In this document: positions 1 to 12,185 of the stretch, piece after piece
Layout: each line of letters opens with the position of its first letter
How positions within the stretch are numbered: position 1 is the stretch's first letter
Source: Octopus vulgaris
Lineage: Eukaryota
DNA length: 64,000 nucleotides
Assembly: GCA_951406725.2 (NCBI GenBank)
Contig: OX597834.1
Coordinates: 9,176,001 to 9,240,000, forward strand
Direction: 5' to 3'
Translations under genes and position numbers: made by a program
The notes under the pieces: generated by a model
Seen by the model: only the letters and a program-made list of their open reading frames with translations
What the model was told of the DNA's origin: nothing
Databases searched by the model: none

Positions 1-72
1 CCTTCTGTAGTTTTTTCACTCTTTTATGCCTTTTATAAATCCAACAACGTGCTTTCAGATACCAACTCTCTC

Positions 73-115
<43 letters not shown>

Positions 116-117
116 TA

Positions 118-225
118 AAAGAGACCGATAATATAAGTACTAAGCTTACAAAGAATAAGTCCCGGGGTCGATTTGATCGATTAAGGCGGTGGCCACAGTC
201 ACATGACTGAAACAAGTAAAAAAGT
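118..225 (+). mobile_element. SINE-A 3' half
   Basis: Matches the 3' half of the full copies (GACCGATA...TGACTGAAACAAGTAAAA). Confidence 0.85.
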
Positions 226-238
226 ATACATATAGACA

Positions 239-402
239 CGACAGGCTTCTTTCAGTTTCCTTCTATCAAATCGACTCACAAGGCTTTGGGTGGCCCGAGA
301 CTACTGTAGAAGGCACTTGCCCAGCAGTCTATGTACTGGGACTGAACCCAGAACCATGTGGTTGAGAAGCAATCTTCTTACCACACACCCACGCCTGCAC
401 CG
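239..402 (-). mobile_element. SINE-A 5' half
   Basis: Reverse complement of the head of the copy at 1737. Confidence 0.85.
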
Positions 403-486
403 CTTCATATATTTATTTTCTCTACGCCCAGCTATCAATCATTTTGTCTTCCTTCTCTCTCCCGTTTTATCACTCTTTCTCTGTCG

Positions 487-598
487 TAATATATATATAT
501 ATATACACACACATGTACATACATATATATATACACATGTACATATATATATATATATACATGTACATACATATATATATATATATACATGTACATAC

Positions 599-648
<50 letters not shown>

Positions 649-655
649 TTATATG
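487..655. repeat. (TA)n/(TACA)n microsatellite
   Basis: Seen directly. Confidence 0.95.
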
Positions 656-659
656 TTTC

Positions 660-870
660 TCTTTCTCTCTTTTACTTGTTTCAGTCAGTTGACTGGGGCC
701 ATGCTGGAGCACCGCCTTTTGTCGAGCAACTCGACCCCGGGACTTATTCTTTGTAAGCCCAGTACTTATTCTATCGGTCGCTTGGCCGAACCGCTTAGTG
801 ACGGGGACATAAACACACCAGCATCGGTTGTCAAACAATGCTAGGGGGACAAACTCAGACACACAAACAT

Positions 871-909
<39 letters not shown>

Positions 910-1081
910 CATATATACGACGGGCTTCTTTCTGTTTCCGTCTACCAAATCCACTCACAAGGTTTTGGTCGGCCCGAGGCTATTGTAGAAAACACTTGCC
1001 CAAGGTGCCACGGAGTGGGATTGAACCCGGAACCATGTTGTTGGTAAGCAAGCTACTTACCACACAGCCACTCCTGCGCCT
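660..1081 (-). mobile_element. SINE-A, full length (tRNA-derived head, internal microsatellite, TAAAAGAG-type tail)
   Basis: A-box-like TGGCTGTGTGGT, B-box-like GGTTCAATCC, CCTTGGGCAAG core, internal (TA)n(TG)n. Confidence 0.93.
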
Positions 1082-1314
1082 ATATGTGTATTTCTTTGGT
1101 TTTGTGTTTGATTGTGAGTTTGTTTGTGTGTATATATGTAAATGCAGACACGTGTATACACATATATGTGTGTGTGTGTGTGAAAAATAAATACGTGAGT
1201 GGGAGAAAATGATGTATCGTTGATACTACGTACCAACATTTAATATAGAGTTCAATGTCTTTTTAATTTTTTTATTTTATTATTATTATTATTTTTTTTT
1301 TTTTTTTTTTGCAG

Positions 1315-1421
1315 TCAGTGCTTCAGTGATGTTTTGCAAACGAACTCCTATCTGAATCTTCGAGTCAAAGACATCTGTTTCTTAATTTGTATCCTGAAGC
1401 AAATCAGAGCATGATCTATTT
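1315..1421 (+). other. Candidate exon A of the PAC-like locus
   Basis: Poly-T-GCAG acceptor and GTAAGT donor. One frame starts SASVMFCKR (cf. PAC AQLLSCKH), but all three frames contain stops. Confidence 0.3.
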
Positions 1422-1736
1422 GTAAGTAGTTGATTTGTTATTCTTTAGTTGTTCTCTATGCTATTTTCCATAGAGATACGATCAATTTGTATTAACATTT
1501 TCATTATTTTTCATGGATGTAATTATAATTCCTCTATGCTTCTTGTTGCGTTTTTCTAATTACAAACAACAACACTACATCAATGATATTTCAGCGACCG
1601 AAGTATTTAATCGATATATTCAACCTTCACCACTTAAAATATGGATACATTTGTTACATAAGATGACGTGTTTGAATCTCCTTTCGCGTTTCATATAATA
1701 GGGTAGGATTTATAGTTTAAAAACAAATATGAATAT

Positions 1737-2148
1737 AGGCGTAGGAGTGGCTGTGTGGTAAATAGTTTCCTTACGAACCACAGTGATCCGGGTTCAGTCC
1801 CACTGCGTGGCACCTTCTGCAGGTGCCTTCTACTATAGCCTCGGGCCGACCAAAGCCTTGTGAGTGGATTTGGTAGATGGAAACTGAAAGAAGCCCGTCG
1901 TATATATATATATATATGTGTGTGTGTATATATATGTTTGCGCGTCTGTGTTTGTCCTCCCAACATCGCTTGACAACTGATGCTGATGTGTTTACGTACT
2001 CGTAACTTAGCGGTTCGGTAAAAAGGAGCCCGATAGCATAAGTACTAGGCTTACAATGAATAAGTCCTGGGGTCGATTTCCTCAACAAAATGTGGTGCCC
2101 CAGCACTGCCGCTGTCAAATGACTGAAACAAGTAAAAGAGTAAAAGTG
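1737..2148 (+). mobile_element. SINE-A, full length
   Basis: Same structure; ends GTAAAAGAGTAAAAG. Confidence 0.93.
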
Positions 2149-2287
2149 TATGGATCTAATGCGTTTCTTTAAATTCCTGATTGTAAACCATCGGATAAAT
2201 TAAAGGTTTCGGCTCTTTACATTCTTTGACTGTAATGTAATTGTAAAAGTAAAGAACCTTAAAGAAATCTCATTTCTTTCCGTTTAG

Positions 2288-2385
2288 TATATTGTTCAAT
2301 GCTCTCAAGCAGATATCACAACTTTTTCACCTGTCATCGAAAATAAAACCGGAAGAGAGCTCATATTTGCAGGTGAAGATGATCC
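2288..2385 (+). CDS. Candidate exon B of the PAC-like locus
   Basis: TTTCTTTCCGTTTAG acceptor, GTGAGT donor. YIVQCSQADITTFSPVIENKTGRELIFAGEDD aligns ungapped to PAC MNCTTQRINYTDPFSNQTVKSALIVQGPRE (C, I, P, LI, G identical; N-x-T sequon kept, shifted by one). Confidence 0.55.
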
Positions 2386-3606
2386 GTGAGTCATATGAAG
2401 CTGAAATACAAACGTTATTACATTTTCTCATATGAAGTACCCGCAGGTTTTATTTCGGAAACAAATGCATAACAACAGCAATTTCATCTCCACCAACAGC
2501 AACAACAACATCAATTGTGAAATAATGGTTGCGTTGGTGTCAGCAGACCAGTTTAATTTGAACACATTTTCGTCGAATATTTTATTCTTATTCTTGCGTC
2601 TTTTGTCCAAGTCGCATGTCCTTGACACATGCCTTTTATATTCTCGTCACTGCGATAGCCATTACATCCTAAGACAAATGTTAAGAATAATATTGGAAAT
2701 GATTGGATAAAAGAAAAGTAATTTGCAATCACCTCGAGCATTGTGGAGGATATAAAAACGTGCTTACGTACTCCGTTGGAAAAGTGGACTTTGTTATATG
2801 TATATATATATTTATATATATATTTCTTTTTTTGCTTTTCATGATAAAAAGATGAATGTAATAAACTGCATTCTCAACGATATAATGTTAGAAACCATAG
2901 ATGTTAAGAGAAAGTGCTGCGAGAAAATACCGATTCGCACAAAGGTTGTGACTTCGGTAAAGTTAAAATGGTATTTGCCACGGATGAAAAAGCCCGAGGA
3001 ATACAGCATATATTTCTGAGTATGACATTTAATAATTTGCAACCTACAGAGTCGGCTGCGTATCAAAATGTCTGCGATTAATAATCCTGTGTGTTATATT
3101 AGTATTAACATGTAGAAATATAGCAAAATCGATGTTGCTAAAAATTATTCTTACTAATATTACCACACATACAAAAAAAAAAAAGAGAATATTTGGCATA
3201 CGATAAAGTGATATTTTATTACAAACATGTACATTATAAACTCAGTTCTATGTTTTGAATGGGTATTTCCTCATTCCTTCTGATATAAGCACCAGTAAGG
3301 TACGGAGGCCTGGTTATTCAACTGTAAACTTCCAGAGGAATGGTGCACTTACTACAGGAAACTGAAAGTAATATTTTGCAAAAATTGTAAACTGTGAAAA
3401 ATGAAAGAACACCACACAGAAAACACATTGACTAATACAGTTAAATATCTCTACATTTTAAGTTTATATCCAGCAACCGTTGCCTGTGACATAAATCTTT
3501 AGAAATTATAAAATACATGTGGAAATAGTTAACAGTAGCAACAATGAAAGTGACACTGATACACATAGCAAACCGAACATACGCACGCACACACAAATAA
3601 CCTAAT

Positions 3607-4360
3607 GGGTGTTCGGGATAAATTTGACAGTCTGCATAAAAGTGAAAGAAAACTACTACCTTATCTAAAATAAAAAAGTGTTTTTTAGAAAGTAAAAAGT
3701 GTATCAAGTGCATTATGTCTAGGAGATAACAGCTTACTCAATGTAACCACGCTCAGCTTGCAGCACGGCTTCAAGACGGATCCGGAAGCTGGCGTGTATA
3801 TTATTCCTCCCTGTGTCACTGAGAAAATCTTCGAACATCCACTTGTTCTTAGCCACAAGCTTGGCTTTGGTGTTGTATGAAGATCGATTAGTATCTTTCT
3901 CAACTGCGCCCCACATCCATGAGGTTACATTTAGAGTAATTAGGCTGCCAAGAACTGAGCCTAGTGAAGTCGTATAAATTCTCCGACCACTATTGATAGG
4001 TTCCAAAGATGTAGCAAGGAGCCGAACTCTCCTTATCCACATATGTCCTTCCGATAGCAACTCTCTCTAGCCAGCCTTTGAACTCGACCTTTTGTAGCTT
4101 CACATAGCCGTCGTCATTGATCTTTTGTCACTATGCGGATAAATTCCGGCGTGCCGAAACATCCAGAAGGCGTGTTGTGTCTCTTCCTTCTAGTAGTGAC
4201 TTATAGTCTCTGTTGCAGCTGCCCATATCACGTCGTACAAACTTAAGTGTCCACATAGTAAGGAAGAGCATACATGATACCCAGCATGAATCATCAAGAT
4301 ACAGTTTATTTTTCCCATATTCAGATGGCTTACAACCGATCATGTTAAGTATATTTTTCT
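3607..4360 (-). mobile_element. Tc1/mariner-superfamily transposon relic
   Basis: Translation ...WMWGAVEKDTNRSSYNTKAKLVAK...SFRIRLEAVLQAERGYIE* is a typical Tc1/mariner transposase C-terminus; frameshifted. Confidence 0.8.
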
Positions 4361-5964
4361 CAACTTTAGCTTAATCTTTATGATCCTCGACGACATAGAC
4401 TGTTTTTCCAATACATCAAAAGGTTTTTCAACAAATGAGGCATAAAAAGATCAAATTTAGCCAGAAGATCCTTTTAAATCTCACAGTAAAATGCTACATG
4501 TTTCAAAGATATGGGATCGCTCAGAGGCCCACAAACAATCACTCTTCTTGTCCTGCTTTTGTCTCTCATCTACTTAGTGGTCTTTGCTCCTTGAAAATTA
4601 CTATTTTCTTGATATATATACCTAGTCACCATGATACAGTCATTCTATCCCACTGATCTTTCTTATTTGCAAGCTTTAGTCTCACTAGAGTAATCTTTAT
4701 TTACTCCGTAGAACTCTAACCGTTTTAAATTTATTCCTGCCTATATTTTTTGCGGAATCTTTGATTTGAATTTATTCGCAAAATAAATGAAGAATATTCA
4801 CCCCATTTGTGTTTGTGCGACTGCTAAAGCTACGGGAAAGTCCTGTACCTCCAGGAAAAATCTATTAGCAAAGCTTGTGCAGAGGAGGAAATCGTGGACC
4901 CTTTTTCCTCAAAGTATGTCTCATTTTAGATAGAGGTAAAAACCCTTTGTTGTCGAATTATCAAAAGCTTTTAAACCCAACTACATAAATTAGACTTTCT
5001 TACAATTATTGTACTGATAGTCTGTTTCTGCATTTTAATAACAAATCCTTCCAGTATTATTATTTGATTTATTTCATTCTCAGGTCGGTTTTATCAGTAA
5101 CACTCCTATTCCGTCTACTGTCGTTTGCTTTCGGACACATTAAATCATGATTAGCATAAGCTCATCCTTTCTGAATCAGACAAACAATGATTTTTTAAAG
5201 TCAGCTGGAGACATAAAGAGAAAAAATACATTGTAACGTTTACCAACTCAATTCTGTTTTCAGATAATTTAGTTATATCTGTCTGATACAGAGTATCTTT
5301 ATCCTTTTACTTGTCTCAGCCAATTGACTGCGGCCACGCTGAAGCACCACCTATATTTAATTTTTAGGTAGAGTAACATCTCACAGGCCTACCACATACT
5401 GCCAATGTCATTAATTCATCCTTTCCTTAATCATTATTTGAATCAAGTGGATTTATATGAAACGTTACATATTCGGATGAAGACATTACCTTCATTAGTG
5501 ACGTTTCAGTAATTAATGCTTTCAGATATTTGACAGCTATAACTTGATACGTACTTTCCTGATGTCAATACAATTTCCACAGATAATCAAGTCCTCCCAG
5601 TACAAATAATTGTCATTTGTCATTGAGTTTTACTGTAAGATATTAATACAAAGAGATAAACTGTCAAACAAGATGTGCTTCATTTGGAGTAAAATACCAA
5701 TCATAGGCTGAATGAATTACAAAAATGTCTCGTTGTATTAAACGGTTTGACGTCTCTAACATCTGAATTACAAAAGAATATAGAGAACACGTTTAAATGT
5801 CATAAACGCGAGTTCTGAACACGTCTTGAACATCTGGTTTTTATCACGTTTATAGTTGAAGACATATATATATATATGTAATAATAATTTTAGGGAGTAA
5901 ATCCAAACATACAGGGAAAAATTAGATTTAGGATTAAATCTAATTTTACAGTATAAATATAAAT

Positions 5965-6250
5965 ATAAATTAAATTAGAGATAAAACCACTATTAGGCAA
6001 ATCAAACAGTGAAAAACATAAACCAAAACATAGAAATAAAATTAATTAATAAAACGTACAAAATATATAAAAAATAAAATTCAAAATATAAATTATTTAG
6101 ATTTAAAGTTAAAAATTAAAAAAAATTAATTTTGAATTTTATTTTTTATATATTTTGTATATTACATTAATTAATTTTATTTCTATGTTTTGGTTTATGT
6201 TTTTCACTGTTTGATTTGCCTAATAGTGGTTTTATCTCTAATTTAATTTA
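5965..6250. repeat. Long inverted repeat (about 120 bp arms) between (TA)n tracts; probable Penelope-like terminus
   Basis: AAATTAAATTAGAGATAAAACCACTATTAGGCAAATC... pairs with ...GATTTGCCTAATAGTGGTTTTATCTCTAATTTAATTT. Confidence 0.8.
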
Positions 6251-6260
6251 TATATATATA

Positions 6261-6725
6261 TTGTCAATAATAATAAGGGTAAATAAATTAATTAATTAAT
6301 TAATTAGTAATTAATAATTTTACCAAGAAGTGTTCAGTATGTAAAAGGACCATTTACGGTAAATTTAAACATTATTTTATATAATTAGGGTTCAACCAAA
6401 AAATTGCTTCACCACACACCGAACTATTAGAAATAGCAGCCAAAGAATTTGGCTATTTCTTCTACTTTAAGAAGAGACTCCCACATAATGTATACTCAAA
6501 AACATTACACGTAGGTATAGAAGGAAAATAACGAATGTTCGCTCGAAAGATTGATTATTTGTGAACGAACGCGTTTCTGGGTTAGTTATACGTGTAATAT
6601 TTTTCAGTATACATTATCTTGGAGACTCTTCTTAAAGTAGAAGAAAAAGCTAAATTATTTGGCTGCTATTTCTAATAGTTCGCAGTGGGGTAAAGCAACT
6701 TTTTTGCTGAACCCTAATTATATAA
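6261..6725. repeat. Second inverted-repeat element between (TA)n tracts; probable Penelope-like terminus
   Basis: About 6376-6512 pairs with about 6589-6724 (TATATAATTAGGGTTCA...CGAACTATTAGAAATAGCAGCCAAA). Confidence 0.7.
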
Positions 6726-6843
6726 TATATATATATATATAATCCAAACAAGAAAACACACACAAAAAAGAGAAAAAAACACAGCAACGCAGGACGTGGA
6801 ACAATTAAAGTATTATTGACGCTCAGGAAAGAAGGGAAGGAGG

Positions 6844-6878
6844 GTTTAACGTTTCGAGCGGAGCTCTTCGTCGGAAAC
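6844..6878 (-). ncRNA. Minimal type I hammerhead-ribozyme motif in a Penelope-like terminus (about 6741-6950)
   Basis: GTTT-CCGACGA-AGAGC-TCC-GCTC-GAAAC-GTT-AAAC: stem I GTTT/AAAC, stem II GAGC/GCTC, loopless palindromic stem III AACGTT; U4 replaced by C. Confidence 0.65.
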
Positions 6879-7396
6879 AAGGAGAAGGAAAGATCCCAAG
6901 GAGGGAAGACAGAGGAGAAAATATTTGAGCTGGTGGTGCTTAAGAGATCACATATATATAATGTATTTATAAATTTATATATATTTAGATAACGTACAAT
7001 TATTTAAATGACATTTAATTGCTCTAATTTTACAAATATACTGAATAATTTTTCCCACGTTTCTAATCGTATATTTTGTTTCCTGTACGGTGCTAGTTAT
7101 AGTGTCCAAGGTTAATCAACGCAATTATTACTGATGCATTGATTCTAAATTAATGTATTTATCTTGCTATTTAACAATGTGCACATCCGCACATAATTTT
7201 CTAAGTCATAGGCAATGAATAATACGCAAGATCAGGAATTATCTTGCAATATCCACTCCATGGATTTTCTTTATAACTTATCAACAACGATGAAAACCTT
7301 CTAGCTGCTTAGGTTTGTAAAACGCTTAAAATCCTTCTTTAATTTTGGTGCTAGTACGAACTCACGTTTTTGTTAAATGTAATTATAATTATTTAC

Positions 7397-7433
7397 AGGC
7401 GTAGGAGTGGCTCTGTGGTAAGTAGGTTGCTTA
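7397..7433 (+). mobile_element. SINE-A head fragment
   Basis: AGGCGTAGGAGTGGCTCTGTGGTAAGTAGGTTGCTTAC, then an abrupt switch to other sequence. Confidence 0.8.
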
Positions 7434-8200
7434 CTTCCGGTTACCCAGATTGCAACACTAGTTTGTCTGGACTGTTACAGTGAGACGATGTGAATTTCGG
7501 CTCCGTGAATAGAAAAAAAGAAAACTGTCAATTATGGCTCCCTGTAGCGAGCAAAATATTGGGTTCTCATCACCGTAACGGTGAATTGAGAATTTTTGCT
7601 TGAAAATTAGTTTTGTAAATTCTAGTGGGCGTATCTCGCCAGAAAAATAAGAATAAGCCGTTTGGATTACCTTTTTTGGAGTATTATACAAAGGATTCCC
7701 TGTCTGTGCTATTTGTGAGGCTTTTCTTTTACTTTTCCCTTCTATTTTTTCTTTTTTTCTAAATTTTGGTTCATTCTTTTCATTACTTTAATTTCAGTTT
7801 CCCCCCTCCTCTTTTATTTTGTTTTATATTTTATTCGGTTTAATTTTTTGACAGACTGTATTTTAACTACTTTTGAAATGTTTTTTGACATGGCAGAGGA
7901 GGAACTTAAAAAAAAAACTCTGTCTTAGAGTGGGAAATTAATCCGCCTAAGCAGTGGTTAAAAGATATGGAGGAGAAGACGGTGGCACTTAGAACTTGTT
8001 CTAAAGTTCTTAATTCCATCACCGTCTTCCGAATAAAAGTTATTAAAAATGAACTTAAAGACTATTTGTCCTCTTTAAAATATATATTCCTTGGTGTCAA
8101 ACATGCAACCGTACGGTTGCATGTTTGACAACGGGGAAAAGGCTCGCCAGTTTGAGAGTCAGCCTATAGAAGGCAAGGAAATTGATTTGTACATGAATAT
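7432..8200 (+). mobile_element. Possible L1/Tx1-like LINE 5' end (5'UTR plus degenerate ORF1 start)
   Basis: Begins ACTTCCGG, as many L1-clade 5' ends do; T-rich UTR; broken ORF MEEKTVALRTCSK...ELKDYLSSLKYIFLG. Confidence 0.4.
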
Positions 8201-9008
8201 CGTTATTTATAAAATGGCGGCTGGTTGTACTTTTACAAGACTCTACTTTTGCCTATATCCGCACATTTAGTACTGTCATTCACGATTTGTCTCCCTTTCC
8301 CAGTTGCTATATTTCCTCATCTACTGATGTAATTTGTATACTATTTACGCGTCGTTACTTAATGAGTAAGCTTCTCTATACTACTATGTTGTATACTATG
8401 ATCTTAGCACTTCTCTTTTCTATAACAGTCCGTCATATTTTGCATGGTTGAACCATTCCTATCAACATGAACAAAACAGCTGTATTCAATTTCCACACGT
8501 ATCTGGACAGTGCTCTGATATTTCGATTATATTCATTTCTAAACTAGACATTGTGCTGGAGCAAACAACTTTTCGCTTTTAGCTGTCAATTTATCAAGCA
8601 GACTAGCATTTCTCCTTACGCGCTCACGCTACTCACTTGGGAAGCTATCTTTCTTTTATATATAATTGCTTTGCTTAAATATTCACTGTTAAGCATGAAG
8701 AACTCATTAGACCTAAAATTACATTCGGTTATCTGAATGCTATTCTTTTTCACTTCTAAATTTGTTTATTATGCTATGGTGAACATATTTTTTACAGTTA
8801 ACCCATGATGTGATATATTTGAACAATTTATCAAAAGTATAACTCTCTGAACATTAACTTTTGCTTGGGTCTCAGAAGTGGTTAATTACATTCAACTTTT
8901 AATTAGATTACTTTTCCTTTTAGTGATTTGAACGAGATAATTTTCTTTTTCCTAAATGGATGAACTTGCTGTTCCATATTGGGTCGCTTGTACGTATGCA
9001 TCTAAGCT

Positions 9009-10257
9009 AGGGGGACCCAAAAGAAATCGTAATTTTGCCATACTATTTTATTGGCATGGTTTTACATGTTTACACTTTTTTCGCCTTCAAAGTATCCGCT
9101 ATGTGAAGCAATGCATCGGTCCAGACGCATTGTCCACTGTTCGAAGCAGTCCTGGAACTCTTGCGAAGTGATGCCTTTTAACGCCTCTGTCGCTTTTTCT
9201 TGATCTCTTTCTCTGCAAAAGGTTTTCTCTTAAGGATTTTTTTCATTGGGCGGAACAGAAAAAAATTGCAGAGACGGTAGTTAGCAGGATCCTGTTGTCT
9301 TTGGCAAAACTGTCTCTCATTCAGGGCGCATTGACGTGATGAAACTACCGCTCTCCACGTCACCAGAGGTCGGAAAGATTTCGTCGCACCGCGTCTCACA
9401 AACGCTTTAGAACTGTCCAGGGAAATATCTGCTTAGAGGTTTTGACCAGAAGGAACAAATTCTCTGTGAACAATTGCTTTCGAATCGATGAAACATATCA
9501 GCATCGTCTTGATATTAGACTTCATTTGACGCGCTTTTGGCGTGGGAGGCTGGTAACATTGAATACTTCCACTGATTTAATTGGTGCTTTGTTTCCGGGC
9601 CGTAGGCGTAACACCAGCTTCCGTCACCAGTGATGACCTTCGAAAAGTGATTCGGATCAACTCCCAACTGACTGCCTTTGATCTCCAGTGAGCCAGCGAG
9701 GCACACGTTTTTCTGTAACACTTTTCATTCGCAATTCCTCGCTCAAATTTAGTCGGCAGAAGCTCCAAGATGTATCAACCAATTATATCAACAAGTTCGT
9801 CAACTGTTCGTCGACAACCCTCCATCAATTTTCGCGATGATTTTCATTCGTTTAGAATGTTGGTTTTCAAGTGACAAGTGACAATTCCTAAAGCGTGAAA
9901 ACTATTCGTGAACTTATGTTTTGCTGATGGCAGCGTACCTGTGAGATGTTTGAAGCATAAAAACTGTTTTGGCCGCCGTTTTCCCCAGCAGAAAATAGAA
10001 CTTCACGGAGGTGCGCTATTCCTTTGTTCCAGCCATCGCAAACATCGGCGAACAGAAGAGAAACACTGCAAAGCAAAGACGCGTGGCAGTACCACTTCAC
10101 TCGATGCGACGTGGCTGTACCGCTCCACTCGATGACGCTGGGAAGCAGACTAATGCCTGATTATTGCATCAAGTGGCATCGAGCGGCAGAAGCGCGAACT
10201 ACAATGGGCTTTTCTACAGATAACGTTTCTGGTTACTTTTGCGTAACGCTCCCGTAC
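9009..10257 (-). mobile_element. Mariner transposon relic (about 1.25 kb) with decayed transposase
   Basis: VKFYFLLGKTAA (HTH region), FSKVITGDGSWCYAYGPETKHQ (first catalytic D motif), CNFFLFRPMKKILK (SPDLAPxDFFLF motif); degenerate TIRs at both ends. Confidence 0.9.
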
Positions 10258-10544
10258 ATACATTCTGAAATTTATTGGTACGTACAACGTGAATGCCAAG
10301 CAGAAAAGCATGGACATGTAGTTTCCAAATTTCTGGTAGAGGGAATTGCGTCATGGTGTTGTTTTTCTCACTAACGGTGACCAACTAACATTACTATACT
10401 GTGTAGCAGACAAACTGAAACTAAAAAAAAAAAACGATGCGCATGCGACAAATTACCCATCGCCTCCTGTATACTATATATGAGGGTTATATGGTGGGTA
10501 TGTATTAGAGAAGTGAAGAAGAGAATTTTTGCTGAAATCATATT

Positions 10545-10760
10545 AAATGAACTGGCAGAATCGTTAGCAAGCCGGACAAAATGCTTAGTAAATAGCCCGC
10601 CTTTACGCTCTGAGTTCAATCTCTACCGAGGCTGACTTTAACTTTCATTCATTACGGGAGGTAGACAAAATAGTTACTAGCTGGACGCTAGGATCGCTGT
10701 AATCGACCTATTCTCTCCTTCAAAATATCAGGCCTAGCACCTTTAGTAGAAAGGATTATC
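10545..10760 (+). mobile_element. Old SINE-B-related copy (B')
   Basis: CTGGCAGAATCGTTAGC head, TGAGTTCAA B-box, tail ...GTAGAAAGGATTAT. Confidence 0.75.
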
Positions 10761-10770
10761 GTTATTATAT

Positions 10771-11338
10771 GAAGGTACATGACTCAGTGCTTAGAGTCAG
10801 ACTCATAATCATGATATAGTGTGCTTGTTTTTCGGACCGAGCAGCGTAGTCTGTTCTTGAGCGAGTCACTTTATTTCACGTTGCTGCAGTTCCCTCAACG
10901 GTAGTAAGGCGGCAAACTGGCAGAAACGTTAGCACGCCGGGCGAAATGCGTAGCCGTATTTCGTCTGCCGTTACGTTCTGAGTTCAAATTCCGCCGTGGT
11001 CGACTTTGCCTTTCATCCTTTCGGGGTCGATTAAATAAGTACCAGTTACTCACTGGGGTCGATATAATCGACTTAATCCGTTTGTCTGTCCTTGTTTGTC
11101 CCTTCTGTGTTTAGCCCCTTGTGGGTAGTAAATGAGTTGCGACGTCACTGGTACCCCGATGTATCTGCCTTTCTCTTGCCCTTGGAAAACATCGATGGCG
11201 TGGAGAGAGGAGGCTGGTATTCATGGCCGACTGCCGGTCTTCCATAAAGACATTTCCCTGGACTTCTACCTCGAAGGGGAAAACATTCTAAGTGCAATCC
11301 TACGGATATTCATCACCGAATGGTGTCTTTACCCTTTA
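10771..11338 (+). mobile_element. SINE-D, interrupted by SINE-B
   Basis: Flanks are colinear with the uninterrupted copy at 53402-53765. Confidence 0.8.
10908..11131 (+). mobile_element. SINE-B nested in SINE-D
   Basis: GGCGGC...GAGTTCAAATTCC...GCCTTTCATCCTTTCGGGGTCGAT...; GGTAGTAA on both sides. Confidence 0.92.
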
Positions 11339-11787
11339 CAAACGCATTCGTTCCACAATCAAATACAAACAGGTAAGTTGCTGTATAATACTCTTTGATT
11401 TTGCAGTAGGAAATAATTCGAATGATAGAATCCAATCCCATTATGGTAGAAGGTATTATTGAAACCGAAAGGAAATGTGTACAGAAACAAGTCATTACAC
11501 CCGAAATGTTACTGTATCCTATAAGCACCATTTTATAATTCACCCTTAAGTATTGTAACATCCATCTTAATTGGCCTTTGCTATAGCAGACAAAGCATAT
11601 ATTTATTTCACTCATTCACAGTAACATTTCTCCTCTTCACTTTACATTAATTCACGCATAAAGAATTTTATTTTAGGTTATCACGAATTGGAAATTTGTT
11701 GCAAGTATATAAACAGCAATAAAAACACTGGCAATAGAGTGTTTGCGTCTGGTTTTCTTCTGTTTAACTCTTTCTGTGCTGAACACA

Positions 11788-12185
11788 TCTTTATATATAA
11801 AAGTCAAGTTCTGTGTCTGTCTCCTACGATTTAGATTCCTAACTACTCCCATATTTTGCGGTGCAGTTTAACCAAAACCGGATATCTTATAGTCGTGATA
11901 CATATCGAGCCCTTCTGGGTATTAGCGTGCGTCTACGATGAGTCTACGATTTTTTTTTAAATCACCATAATTTTTTACCATTTTAATGCATTTTTTCGCT
12001 ATTATATAAGGGAAGTAACTCTCTAAAATGTCTACGATGAGTCAACGATTTAAAAAAAAAATTTACCATCATTTTTTTCCCCATTTTTAATGCATTTTTT
12101 GGCTATTTTTTGGCTATAACTCTCTAAAAATGCTTATATAGTTATTTCCCTTACAAACCCGAGCAACGCCGGGCGATACTGCTAG
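11788..12185 (+). mobile_element. Non-autonomous Helitron
   Basis: 5' TC, 3' CTAG, hairpin CCCGAGCAACGCCGGG near the 3' end, inserted at A|T with no TSD; near-identical copy at 62775-63175. Confidence 0.9.

Noticed and set aside
290-1190. YIYI/HTHT/CVCV-rich ORFs here and throughout
   Set aside because: Translations of dinucleotide microsatellites and SINE-A.
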